From the NCBI GenBank assembly GCA_021613535.1, contig CP075495.1, positions 6,696,001 to 6,760,000 on the forward strand: a stretch of DNA of 64,000 nt, in the 5' to 3' direction. The stretch is from Adineta vaga. Its lineage: Eukaryota; Animalia; Rotifera. Position 1 is the stretch's first letter. Each line of letters begins with the position of its first letter. Positions 52,301 to 64,000 of the stretch are shown here, in pieces. The notes below the pieces were generated by a model. That model was not told the origin of the DNA. It saw nothing but the letters and a program-made list of their open reading frames with translations, and searched no databases. The translations under genes were made by a program, and so were the position numbers.

Positions 52301-55300
52301 ATGTTTAAACGAGGTATGTCTTAAGGGTTCTCTTCACGTCTATTTTACGTTAAAGACGAAGAATTTTTGTCTTATTTATTGTCCTATTCATTTCTAATCA
52401 TAAGTACTTGAGAAAGAACAATTCGAGAGTTGAAAAAATGACATTATCACACATATAAAATGTCATTTATGTTTCGTCATCGGATAAATTGATTGTCGAT
52501 AGTTATGGTGAACATGTCGTTGCCTATACAGCCATTGGGCTTCGGTTACTAGTGATAGTATGTATGTATGTATGTATGCATGTATACGTATATGTCACTA
52601 ACGAAAAAGAAAGGACAATGTAACACACGATGCGAACATGTAACATTCGAACATTTATTTATATTCATTATGACTACATCATACTTCATTTAGTGTAGGA
52701 ATTCGTCGGGAAGTTATTCGTATCATTCAATTGAGATAGTTGTCTTCGTTTGTCTTTTTTGCATTCGATCTAATTTCATTCTTTTCTGATAGGATACATT
52801 CTATATCAATAGATTCTAAGTTATATATAATTTTATAAAAGTATCCTATCCATTCCTCTTTTTTGTTTTGTTTTAGACCTTGTCCTGTTTCGTTCGGCTC
52901 GTTTTTTTTCATCATCAGCAGCAAAGAAAAAGTTTTCTACCAACGACGACGATCTATGTATTTCCCGTTCATCAAATCACTCATGTCCGATATGTCGATG
53001 TCCATATGATAATCAAAAACACAAACGCTTAATCGATACGACATGTCATCATGAAAAGTGCTATTCATGTATGTTCAAATATGAACAGTGTTCGATATGC
53101 TTGTCACATTTAGGTAAGGATATACACATATACACGTCAAAAATGATTTTCAAAAAAAAAACTAAAATTAATCAAGCAGAACTACAAGACATTAATTGAG
53201 ATATCGAACATAATTCATCGAAAAATTTCATATTTTAAGAGCAGAATAATGTGTTTATTTTAGTTAAAAATCGATCTTCACAAGATAGAAAATCAATAAT
53301 TAGATCAATGTCTCCTTTACCTCCTTCATCATCAACTGCCTCTTCATCTCAGGCTGTTCCTTCATCTACCATTATTGCCAATAATTTACTTGTTCAAGCA
53401 TCTCCTCCTATTTCACGTGCCGTTACTGCGAATGCAGCTGAACGACCTCCTCCAACACCTGTCAAGCCAGTTTCTCATTTTCAGAAACTTCTCCATCATT
53501 TCAATGGAAATAAATCATCGCATAATTCATTTCTACGTGGTACATCTCTAACATCCAGTCAACAACGGTCAACAATAAAAACAAATGGTTCTATGGTGAC
53601 TATTCTTAAAAATAATCATAATAAATATTCTGAATGTACACACTCTAAACAACAACAACAAACTGAAAAATATGATGAATCTTTTCCTCCGCCACCTCCG
53701 CCTGAAATGGCTCATGAACAATTACTTGGCATTTTATTTCAAGGTAATCAAACAAGACTTTCTTCTATATCTCCATCTCCATCAACATCGTCAGCAACAA
53801 CACATACATCAATTCAACGACTTATAATAGGAAAAAATAAACAACAGCAGCAGCAGCAACAACAACAACAATTACAACATATGAATACAGCAAGTATTTC
53901 ACCTACTATGTCCAATTCTGATCTTTCATTTGCACAATCCGGTATTAATGTTCTATCACCAAGTAAATCACTTTCTTTATCTATTATTATATCATTGATT
54001 TTTTTCAATCGTTTGTACTTTCAAAGGTGTTGATACATTTTCTGGTTATGAACTTGGTCAAATGAGTAAATCAGTTCCGAATACAATGTTAGAATCTCAA
54101 ACATGGTCTCCACCACGTTATATAACAACTCCTTCATCAGTCTCACCTTCAAATCATACATGTCATTGTGGTTCAACTGTCAAAGATGAATTAATTTCCA
54201 TAAATGATGACGAAAAATTCTTTATTCAACGTGATTGGATCTATGATGAAATGTATAAATTATTAAAAGGAACGACAAAACCTGGTCTTGTACTATTAAG
54301 CCATGTACCAGGAATGGGTAAAACATTTCTTATGAAAAGTTTGTTACGAACAATGCTAACAACTCCTATGACAACATCATCAGCATCTCAACAAATAACA
54401 TCAGTTATCACTCGAAATGAAAAAAGTATGAATATGCAAGTAAACCTTTTTTTTCCTTTTCATCTCGATAATAAAATCAATGACATCATCAAGGTTAACA
54501 ATGTTGAATCGATGTCAAGTTTCAACATATAAAAAGAAGGAATTTATCAAATAAAACAACCGATTTCGAATTTCATAGGATTTTCGAGAAGACTCATCTT
54601 ACATTACATGATCAGTAAAGGAGAATCTTCATTCATCTATAGTTAACACTTTTTTTTGAAAATAAATCCGACAATGAAAAAGAAAATATTGATACGATCA
54701 TCGAGATCTAATCTTGATCAAACATTTTAAATACTCTAAAATAAAACTAATCTCTAAACTGAATTAAATCTGACACGTTCATCAATAAAGAAAAGATTGC
54801 AATCAATTAACTCATATTCTTCTTCTTTTTTTCTAGCTTCTATTATTCTAGTAAATTCTCCTAAACGTTCTTCATATGAATTGTTAAAATCACATATATT
54901 ATCATCACATTTTTGTGATTGTTCTCAAACAAATTCTTGTTCATTACCTGACATTATTCATTCAATCATCTATCGTGCACTTGAACATCCACTCTTACAT
55001 GCTTACCGTGATGTTATCCTTCGTGAACAACATACACGAAAAGCTATTACACTAAATGCATGTATTCAAAATATTGAACATGCATTTTTTACTGGTAATA
55101 GAACAGATTAAACAAACGAATTTTTCTAAAATAATATTGATCTTTTTTCTCTTTAGCTTTTCTTGATCAATTAAATCAATTGAAACTTCTTGGCCATTTA
55201 GAAGATTTATTTTCTTTATCAAATCATGTTTATTTAATAATTGATGGTATTAATAATGAATTATGTGATACCGAAGGGCAAACGATAACAGAATTTCTAT

Positions 55301-58300
55301 TTGCCAATCTTCATCGTCTTCCATCATGGTTAAAATTAATCATAACAATGAATCGTTTAGAAGATGATCAACATCAGCAAGAACAAAATACATTCTTACA
55401 AAATTTTGTTCTCTTAGATATTGAAGATGAACCACGTTTTTCCAATTATCTATATAATTATATGATCTGTCATCATCCATGTCCAATATGGATCAATTAT
55501 GTACATTATCTCATGGAAATCTTTTTTTTATTCAACAACTTTGTGATATCTTTGAACAACGAGAATTTCCATCCAATGTTGATCTACCACGAACATTAGA
55601 TGAAATCTTTTACTATCGATTTTTGAATGAAAATATTCAAAGAAATCTGGAGATTTGTCGAGCTATTCTTGAAATATGTTTAGCATCACGACGACCAATT
55701 AATTTAAATGTATTATATGATTGTTTGAATATTGATGATACATTTCAAGTTGAATGGTCAATATTTTTACAAGTATATTGCTTTGATTTGAATAAAAACA
55801 AAACAGTATTCACATTTGTTTTATTCTTTTAGAATATTTCTTATCTATCAGTATTTTTAATACAACTTCCAAATTCAACATATGCTATTAGTCATGGATC
55901 TATTCGAAATTGGTTATTAACCAATTCTAAACAATATTTCAATTGTAATATCCAGTAAATATTTTTCTGTCACTTTCATTTCGTTTTTTTTTATTACTAA
56001 ATTTATTCATCGTTTTAGAAAAGGTCATTCACGTTTAGCACTCTATCTATCTCGTTCATTAACAACTCCTTTGCATGGTCCAGAAGCTATCGAATGTATT
56101 CGTCATATTTCGTTAAGTGATTTATTTGCAAATAATATTATGCAAATTTGTCATACGATTAAACATTTAATCGATGATCCATCACGTTTATTGGCTTCAC
56201 TAAGAAATGCATTCTATCCTGAATTAGATATTTGTGAATTACTTTTAATGATATCAGCTAATCCAAATTCATTGGTCGATTCTATCCATATGCCACTCTT
56301 ATGTATTGCAGCTCGCAATGGTTATGTTTCATTTGTTGAATTACTTTTAAAATATCATGCAAATGTAAATATAACAACGAAAAATAATGAAAATAAAACA
56401 GCTTTAATGTTAGCTGCAGAATATGGACATGTAGATGTTGTCAAATTATTATTAAATTATAATGCGGATGTAAGTAATAATGAGTTCATTTTTGAAAGGA
56501 TTCTATTTCAAACACTTGTCTAAAGATTTTGATTTCAAACAAAAAAAAGAAAAGAAATCAATATGACAATGTTTATCATAAACATGTCTAATGAATGTTT
56601 TCTTTTCATCTATTAAGATTACTATTAAAGATAAATATCAATTAACAACTGTTGCTTATGCAACAAAACATGTTCCCATTTTGAAACTACTCGATTGTAA
56701 AGATGACTTCATACAACAACAAGCATTTGTTTATGGTGCATCAAATGGCTCATTAGATGCTTTAGAATATATGTTAACTGACAATACTTATTTAGCGATT
56801 GATATCAATGGTATTGATTATGTACATGGTGAAACAGGTAAACGAAGAATAAATAAAAATATTCTAGATAAGAATATATTTTGATTGTATAGCTTTAACA
56901 AATGCGGCAAGTCACGGTCATATCAAAGTAATTGATTATTTAATAACAAATCATCAAGCAGATATTGATCGAATTAATACACGTCAAATGACACCATTAT
57001 TATTAGCAGTGAAAAATGGTATGTGGTCATGTGTAGAATATTTACTAGATCATCAAGCATCAATAGAACATTGTGATAAACAAGGACGAACATGTTTAAT
57101 AATTGCAGCTACAGAAGGACATTTAGCTGTTCTTGATAGTTTATTAGAAAAAGGTTTGTACATTGATGTTCTTTTGAATGTTATGGAATTTTGGTTTCTG
57201 CCATAATAGGTGCTAATGTTCATCATGAAGATGAAGAAGGTTTAACAGCTTTATCATGGGCTTGTTTAAAAGGACATTATCATGCATGTGAAACATTATT
57301 AAATCATGGAAGTGATATTAATCATGAAGATATTAATGGACGTATACCCATGGATATGGCATCATTTTATGGTGATGTTCAGCTTGTTCAATTACTTATT
57401 GATCATGGTTCTGTTGTTGATCATGTTGATAAAAATGGAATGCGTGCATTAGATCGTGCTATTGGTTGTCGAAATGTTGCAGTTGTTAATTGTTTGTTAA
57501 AAAAAAGTGTTAAACTTGGTAAGTTGGTTAACAGATCGAAATCATTTATTCATTTGAAAATTTTAATGTGAGTGAAGAATGATTCTTTTGTTGACAGACA
57601 CATACATTCATTTGTGTTGATTCAGATTTTTGATAGATAAGTTGACACGATGTCTGCTTTCTTGAAAATGTGTTTCCTAGATCTGATGTAAATGTGCGTC
57701 ATCTATACATTATTTGGAGGCATTTGAATAAAATCCTACTGCTTCTTTGGTTATTGCTATAATACATTCTATTCTATTCTATTTCTATTATATGATGTTT
57801 TGATTTTGTGCCTTTCATATGAAAATTACTCATTAAAATTATGAATAGATTGATTGACGTCAGATTTGATGTAAGTGAAATTCTTGTGCTAGATCAGAAC
57901 CAAAAGATTCTCTAGACTCATCCTTTCACTTCCGATGAACATCTAGGAAAATTCGTCTAATGTTAATTCTAGGTCTTTCAACATGGGCATTGGCAGCCGG
58001 TAAAAATGATATGATGACAATATTAATATCAAAACTGATCGATGATGGTATTTCACTTTATAAAGTAAATTTTATTGATTTTTTCCTTCTATTTATTATC
58101 ATTATGTTTTCTTTCTAACATAGAAAAATCAATACAAAGATGCTGCTTATCGTTTTTCATATGCACTGAAAAAATTGCCCGCTGATATCGATCAACAAAC
58201 AACTGATCAATTTTCAACTAATTTTCGATTAATGAGATATAATTGTTTAATTAATTTAGCTAAATGTAAACGAAAACTAGATGTATGAAAAAATAATGTT

Positions 58301-58642
58301 GATTTCTCATTCTTCATTTCTTTCAAACCAATTTTATCTGTTATTCTAGTGTTATGAAGTAGCAGTTGATTATTGTACACAAGCACTATGTATTCATAGT
58401 ACATCAGACGTTCTCTTACTTCGATCAAGAATTAAACGTGATCAAAAGTATATTCTTCATCATTGAAAATATATCGTTGAATTCAAATTGAATTTCTTTC
58501 TTTTTTTTTCCATAGATTATATGACGATGCATTAACTGATTTACTTGCTGCTAAAAATCTTGATCCAACAAATACAGAATTAGATAGATATATCAATCGA
58601 TTACATACGGATCTTCAACATTGTCATGAAACGCTTCTGTAA
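52301..58642 (+). CDS. TANC2: TANC/rolling pebbles (RING, P-loop, ankyrin repeats, TPR, C-terminal PDZ ligand); apparent 1-nt frameshift near 55460
   Basis: RING CPICRCPYDNQKHKRLIDTTCHHEKCYSCMFKYEQCSIC (~52984-53100), P-loop FFIQRDW...PGMGKT, SHFCDC, ankyrin repeats including MRALDRAIGCRN, TPR AAYRFSYALKK, and terminal ETLL. The start is uncertain and TANC1 versus TANC2 cannot be resolved. Confidence 0.9.
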
Positions 58643-58941
58643 CATTCCATTTGCAAATGGACCCCGGTCGATAATCTCGTTCTTCATATTTCGATATATT
58701 TTTTCTTTACATGTAAACATTTCTTGTTGAACAGTTAAATAATACTAATGTATAGCTATGTTCTTCTATTAAAAACAAAAACATTTTCTCTCTCTCTCTC
58801 TCTCTTCGTTTCCTTCTGCTACTATTACTATTCCTTCTTTTTCTTTTGTTAATTTGATTAAAGTTATAATAGAGATGAAAAGCCAAACTAGAATATTTCT
58901 TGTTTTAGAATTATAAAACAAAGATATGATGTTTCGAACAA

Positions 58942-59489
58942 ATGTATGAGAAAATTTTTGGTACCCAACATCGTGTAACTGTCTTGAGATTATATAAAAC
59001 TATTCTTCGTTTACATCAAAGTCTTCCACATGAATTAAATCAATTGGGTAATCAATACGTTCGAGATGAATTTCGCCGTCATAAAGATGCTCAACCCGAA
59101 TTTGTTACTCATTTTATGGTTGAATGGAGTGTAAGTATTGTAAAACGTACGCAAAAGAAGAATACGAAATAGGGTTTGTCTTTATTTTTTCGTGTATTTC
59201 TATTCGTCAGCATTGCATGACACACAATTTATTCTTTTTCGTTTCTTTGATTCATGATAAGCGTTAACATTGGTGACTGTCATCTCTTTTTTTCTTCTTA
59301 TTTTACTTTTTTTTTCTTCATTTGTAGGAGTATGCTCGACTATTAACTCGTCAAGTTTCATCGAAAAATACTGCTTCGTTTGGTAAAACAATTGATATTG
59401 GTGCACTCGATCTTCTTAAAGAAGATCAACTTGGTCAACTTTACGAATTATATACTGAAATACAAAAAACGACTCAATCAACAAAATAA
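58942..59489 (+). CDS. SDHAF3: Succinate dehydrogenase assembly factor 3 (ACN9/Sdh7, LYR family)
   Basis: Exons 58942-59130 and 59328-59489. [30 protein letters not shown]...FMVEWS|EYARLL...FGK...[10 protein letters not shown]. Stop TAA at 59487-59489. Confidence 0.92.
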
Positions 59490-61402
59490 TGCCTAGTAAA
59501 TCAAAATTAGGAAATTTAATTCGTTTAACAAGTAATTTAGATGATCCAGATCAATATCCTTCTCCTCCAATTAAAGATCCACATATACTTTCAATTGATA
59601 TTGGCACATCATCAATACGTGCTTATATTTTTTCCAAATCCTTTGAAATAATATCATCATGCCAGAAATCACAAACACTTCTTTGTCCTGAACCACATGG
59701 TTTCGAATTTGATCCTAACGAATTTTGGTCCACATTACTTGATGTGATCAATGAAACTATTCAACGTGCTAAGCCATTAACTGTCACAGATATTACTTGT
59801 TTAGGAATATCAACATTAAGAAATTCTGTTATTCTATGGGATCGTAAAACGGGTGAAACCTATTCAAATATTATTCTTTGGAATGATTCAAGATCAAGTT
59901 CACATGCCACATCAACAAATTCATCATTAACATGGAAAACTATACGTGGCTTTGCTAAATTTGTATATCCTATTGTGCAAACTGCTCGTATGTCAACATT
60001 ATCGAATCTAGAATTTCGTACACAAATGATTGCATTTAAATTATTATGGTTATTTGAAAGAAAACCTGAATTAATTCAACGTGCACGTAATAATCAATTA
60101 TTATTTGGTTGTATTGAAACTTGGTTAATCTGGAAATTAACAGGTGGACAAGAACATGTAACTGATGTATCATGTGCAAGTTCAACTGGCCTCTATGATC
60201 CGTTTTTATCCCAATGGTCCACATTACTTTGTCGAAATCTAGGCATTGATATGAGATTATTACCAACAATTAAACCAACATTTGGAGAATTTGGTCGATG
60301 TGATCCAAATTTATTTGGTAAGATAGTTTTCCATTATATTCAGAATATCATTCGATGATATTAGTAAAGAAAGAACATGTACTTTGATGAGTACAAAATA
60401 CGCTGATAAAACGTAACATATACTTATCAGTAGTGAATAAGAAAGAATGAGTTGGACGTCTGAATCAGTTTGTCTCACCTATTTATTAAAGATAAAATGA
60501 CAAGTATACTTTGTATAAATGATTCACAATGTTCGAAGAAACAATATCTTTAATGGAATAAATAATTTATCTTTATAGGATGTGCAATTCCTATTACTGC
60601 TGTTATTGGTGATGTTCAAGCCAGTATGTTTGGTCAATGTGTATCTCAACCTGGTGAATGTTTACTAACGCTAGGTACCGGTGCTTTTATTAATATCTTA
60701 ACTGGTGCAGTGAGTGCTTGTACAGATGGTATCTATCCACTTGTTGCTCACTCGGATCTGTCCAATGCAAATGAAAATGTTCATTTCATGCATGCTATTC
60801 ATAGTGGTTGTGCAACGGTGCTCAATTGGGCAAAGGAAGCTCAATTTTTCAATGATTTTTCTGAACTTAATGCTGTATCAATTGAACCTCGACCAGCCAA
60901 AGTATTTTTTCTTCCAGCATTCGGTGGATATAATAATGATCCGTACTGTGGTTCAGGTTTTATTGGTATCGATGGTGAAACAAAACGTGAAGATTTACTC
61001 CGTGCTATACTTGAATCTACTGCTTTTGTTATTTATGATGTCTTTTCGTTTGTTCGTGATGATTACCGAAAACATCAAGAAGACAAACCATTGAAATGTT
61101 TACGCGTAGCTGGTGGTGTAGCTACATGTGATTTCATCTGTCAAATTATTGCAAACTTATCGAATATGTCTGTAGAACGTTGTCATGCGTTTAATTTAGC
61201 ATCTGGTATTGGTGCCGGATTTCTTGCTGCTTATGGTTATGGTTTAATTGAAGATTATGAATCTTTTCAACGAATTATAACTGTTGAGAAAGTATTTAAA
61301 TCTAATCAATGCGAAATAACAGAAGCAAATTTTAAACGTTGGAAAACAATATTACCCCGTTTTTCAAAATGGTATTCATCGGATGATAGAAGTGATATAT
61401 GA
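59489..61402 (+). CDS. GK5: Glycerol kinase 5 (FGGY family)
   Basis: [60 protein letters not shown] and LTLGTGAF, with the GK5-type insert after WNDSR. Intron 60318-60578. Confidence 0.9.
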
Positions 61403-61630
61403 TTTCATATTTTCTGTTTCTCTTTTTTCGTGATCTCATCTTTTATTTATCAACTGTGTTTTCGTTTTTTGTTTTTCCTTTTTTGATATATCAATTGAAC
61501 CAACTAACTGTATGCTTTCCCTGTGTACACTATTATGTGTGATAGAAACAAAGACTATTATTATAAAAACAACTAATTTTGCACCTTTAGATATGATATT
61601 TTTCTTATTACTGAATTGAATATAGACCAC

Positions 61631-62881
61631 ATGTCATCAGTTATGTTACGTACATCCTTGCGTGGTAAGTTCAGGACTAAATGTTTTTGAACAACTCATT
61701 TCATCACCCCCGTGTAGATGCATGAGATTGGCATTACAATAAATGAGTTATGTTGAAGATAGCCAAATTGTAAAAGAATTGTTTTGTTGAGCATTTTCAA
61801 TTTTTTCATTCAGTGTCATCATCGATTGCACGACGTTTGGTCATCGCTAATGCTTCATCCAATAGTCAAAAATCAGCAGCAGCAGCAGCAGCAGCACCAT
61901 CATCAACAACAACAACAACAACAACGAATAAGTCAAACAATCGTCCCCAAATTAAAGTTGCTCTATGTATACAACGATATGCCCATTTATCACCTGAAAT
62001 GACTTCACTAGAGAAAGACTATTCCAATTTAAATCTACAATTAGAAACAGAAAATAGTTATTTGTCAGATCATGAATTAAGACATAAACGAGAAGTGTAA
62101 ACGAACGAAAAACTGAAAATGATTGTTCTTAATAAAACCCCCGCATGTTTGTTTCATTTAGTGAACTTGTTAAACAACGACAAGCTTCACCGACTGGTAC
62201 AGCTACATCCGTGAATATTGTTGAAACAGCTGTTGATTTAGAAGATCGTTTAGCTAAAGAATTTTCTAATTTTCAATTTATGTCAAGAGAAACAGGTATG
62301 TAACATGTGTTTCTTTTTCTTGATTTTCATTTATTTCAATATTTATTCTTCTAGAGGATGATAAAACAAATAATCTTCGTAGTCATAATCGTAAACTTGA
62401 TGATAATTTGTTATTGATTGTTCAACAAAAAGATAATCAAATAGATAAAGATGAATGGATTTTTCCGGAGAAAAACTATGATGGTGAACCATCTTTACGA
62501 GCAGTATGTCATTGATATATTCAACAATCATGTGAAATATATTTCTATTGGTATTAGGTTATTGAACAACTGATTCCTACATGTGGAAATCTTCATGTTC
62601 AAATAGCAGGTAATGCACCATTAGCATGCTATAAAAATGATGCAGATACATCTTCGAAAAAAGTAAGACAAATATCAGAAAATATTTCGTTTCATTAAAT
62701 ATGTTCTCTTACATAGATTTTCTTCTACAAAGCTGAATATCTAGCTGGTGTTGTGAAACAATTTTCTACTTTGAAATCATCTCCATATAAAGATCATGCA
62801 TGGGTAACTCATGCAGATCTTCCCAAATATTTGTCACCATCATATTATAAAGCTGTCAAAGATATGTTGTTTGTGTTCTAA
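61631..62881 (+). CDS. MRPL46: Mitochondrial ribosomal protein mL46
   Basis: Arg/Ser-rich presequence, ENSYLSDHELRH, SRET|EDDKTNNLRSHNRKLDDNLLLIV, WIFP, GNAP, IFFYKA and HAWVT. Six exons. Confidence 0.9.
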
Positions 62882-63233
62882 GGAAGAAAAACGTTCTCTC
62901 TAGGATAAATAAATATATTATTAGAAAACAATTATGTTTTATTTTAGTATATACACAAGAAGGATCCAGAAGCACTCGTATCTCTCTTTGAGATCATTTA
63001 TAAATAGAATGATAGATTCACTGAATATTGGTGGTTTTAAATCATAGTACAGATTTACCTTTGGTAGTATTCTTTCTTCTAACTATGCTATACGAAATGA
63101 AATAAACAAGATTGATATTTATACATGTTCATACTCTCTCAAGATGATATCTTCATCAAAAATTGTATAACATATAACAATTAAATTTTGTAACTTTCTT
63201 TTATTACAGAAGTCTTTAGAATAGAAGAAAGAT

Positions 63234-64000
63234 TTAAATACTAAATATACTACAGATAGCAAAAAGCATCATGGATATAAAGTATTTATTACCATTGCCA
63301 GTAGCTCGATCATATTGTACTTGATACAATCGATTATTTCCATCTTCACTAAATAGTAAACTTCCATCCTTTAATACTAATAATCCAACAGGTCTTCCAA
63401 ATGTTTTTGGTCCTGATGGTTCTGTCAGAAATCCATAGACGAAATCTTCGTAATATCCCATTGGACGATTGGTGTCTTTGTTAAATGGAATAAAAACAAT
63501 CTTATAACCGGTTCCTTCATTTTTATTCCATGATCCATGTAATGCAGCGAATGCACCATTTCTATATCGATCAGGAAATTGTGAACCATTATAGAAAAGC
63601 ATATCGAGAACTGCTGAATGAGCTTGAAAAAGAACATCTGGTGTTTGTGTTTTTGATACTAGATCCGGTCGTTCACTTGTTCCATTTGGAAAACGTCGTC
63701 GTGGATCGATCAAAGTTGAGCTAAGATACGCATAAGGCCAACCAAAAAATTGATTTTCTTGTACGCGTGTAAAAAAATCCGGTACAAGATCATCACCGAG
63801 AAGATCACGTTCTTGACAAGCAACATATAAATCATTTGTTACTGGATGATATGCCAATGCTGTAGGATTACGAAGCCCATCAGCGAATGTTCTCTGGTTT
63901 CTTCCATCGAGATTTGCTTGTTGAATCGATGCTCGTGGTGAATCTTCGATATTAACATTCGATCCTGAACCAATACCAACCAAAAGTTCATTGAGAGATC
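63234..64000 (-). CDS. PQQ-dependent glucose/L-sorbosone dehydrogenase family protein (5'-truncated by the window edge), with a hydrophobic C-terminal tail
   Basis: FADGLRNP, ERDLLGDDLVPDF, FFGWPYAY, AHSA, AALHGSWN, GYKIVFIPF, GRPVGL and DGSLLFSED. The frame stays open to 64000. Confidence 0.88.
   Translation of the reverse strand, partial: SLNELLVGIGSGSNVNIEDSPRASIQQANLDGRNQRTFADGLRNPTALAYHPVTNDLYVACQERDLLGDDLVPDFFTRVQENQFFGWPYAYLSSTLIDPRRRFPNGTSERPDLVSKTQTPDVLFQAHSAVLDMLFYNGSQFPDRYRNGAFAALHGSWNKNEGTGYKIVFIPFNKDTNRPMGYYEDFVYGFLTEPSGPKTFGRPVGLLVLKDGSLLFSEDGNNRLYQVQYDRATGNGNKYFISMMLFAICSIFSI

Noticed and set aside
1-64000. Bacterial contig or contamination explanation for the foreign-looking genes
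   Set aside because: The genes are interleaved with spliced metazoan genes, share the same AT-rich composition and mostly contain GT-AG introns.
1-64000. Spliced-leader RNA gene
   Set aside because: GGCTTAT seeds at ~3124, ~12750 and ~28451 do not extend into the bdelloid SL exon sequence as I recall it.

Overview
This is AT-rich, gene-dense eukaryotic (animal) DNA. It has short (~50-60 nt) GT-AG introns, conserved metazoan genes and several bacterial-looking genes. That combination best fits a bdelloid rotifer (Adineta/Rotaria-like), which is an inference, not a demonstrated fact. About 25 protein-coding genes can be reconstructed by hand. Recognisable metazoan genes: AKAP7-like (partial), MacroD, a rhodopsin-class GPCR, a divergent K50 PRD homeobox, FAM234, GPATCH2, REPS, a CAP-Gly protein, myotrophin, PQLC1/SLC66A2, TANC/rols, SDHAF3, GK5 and MRPL46. 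Candidate foreign genes: a giant FG-GAP repeat protein, a zinc-ribbon SDR and a sorbosone dehydrogenase. Four observations stand out. (1) The SDHAF3 stop codon overlaps the GK5 start codon as TAATG, suggesting a bicistronic/reinitiation unit or a fusion masked by a 1-nt error. (2) A spliced, secreted 120-aa gene absent from the ORF track resembles a stand-alone domain 4 of bacterial cholesterol-dependent cytolysins. (3) An intronless 3CxxC (RTP-like) gene is nested on the same strand inside the last intron of myotrophin. (4) The AKAP7-like 2H phosphoesterase stops after its first HxT motif. Several single-base frameshifts at short homopolymers suggest long-read assembly errors. I found no rRNA, tRNA, CRISPR array or intact transposon. 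All family calls are from motif recognition, not database searches.
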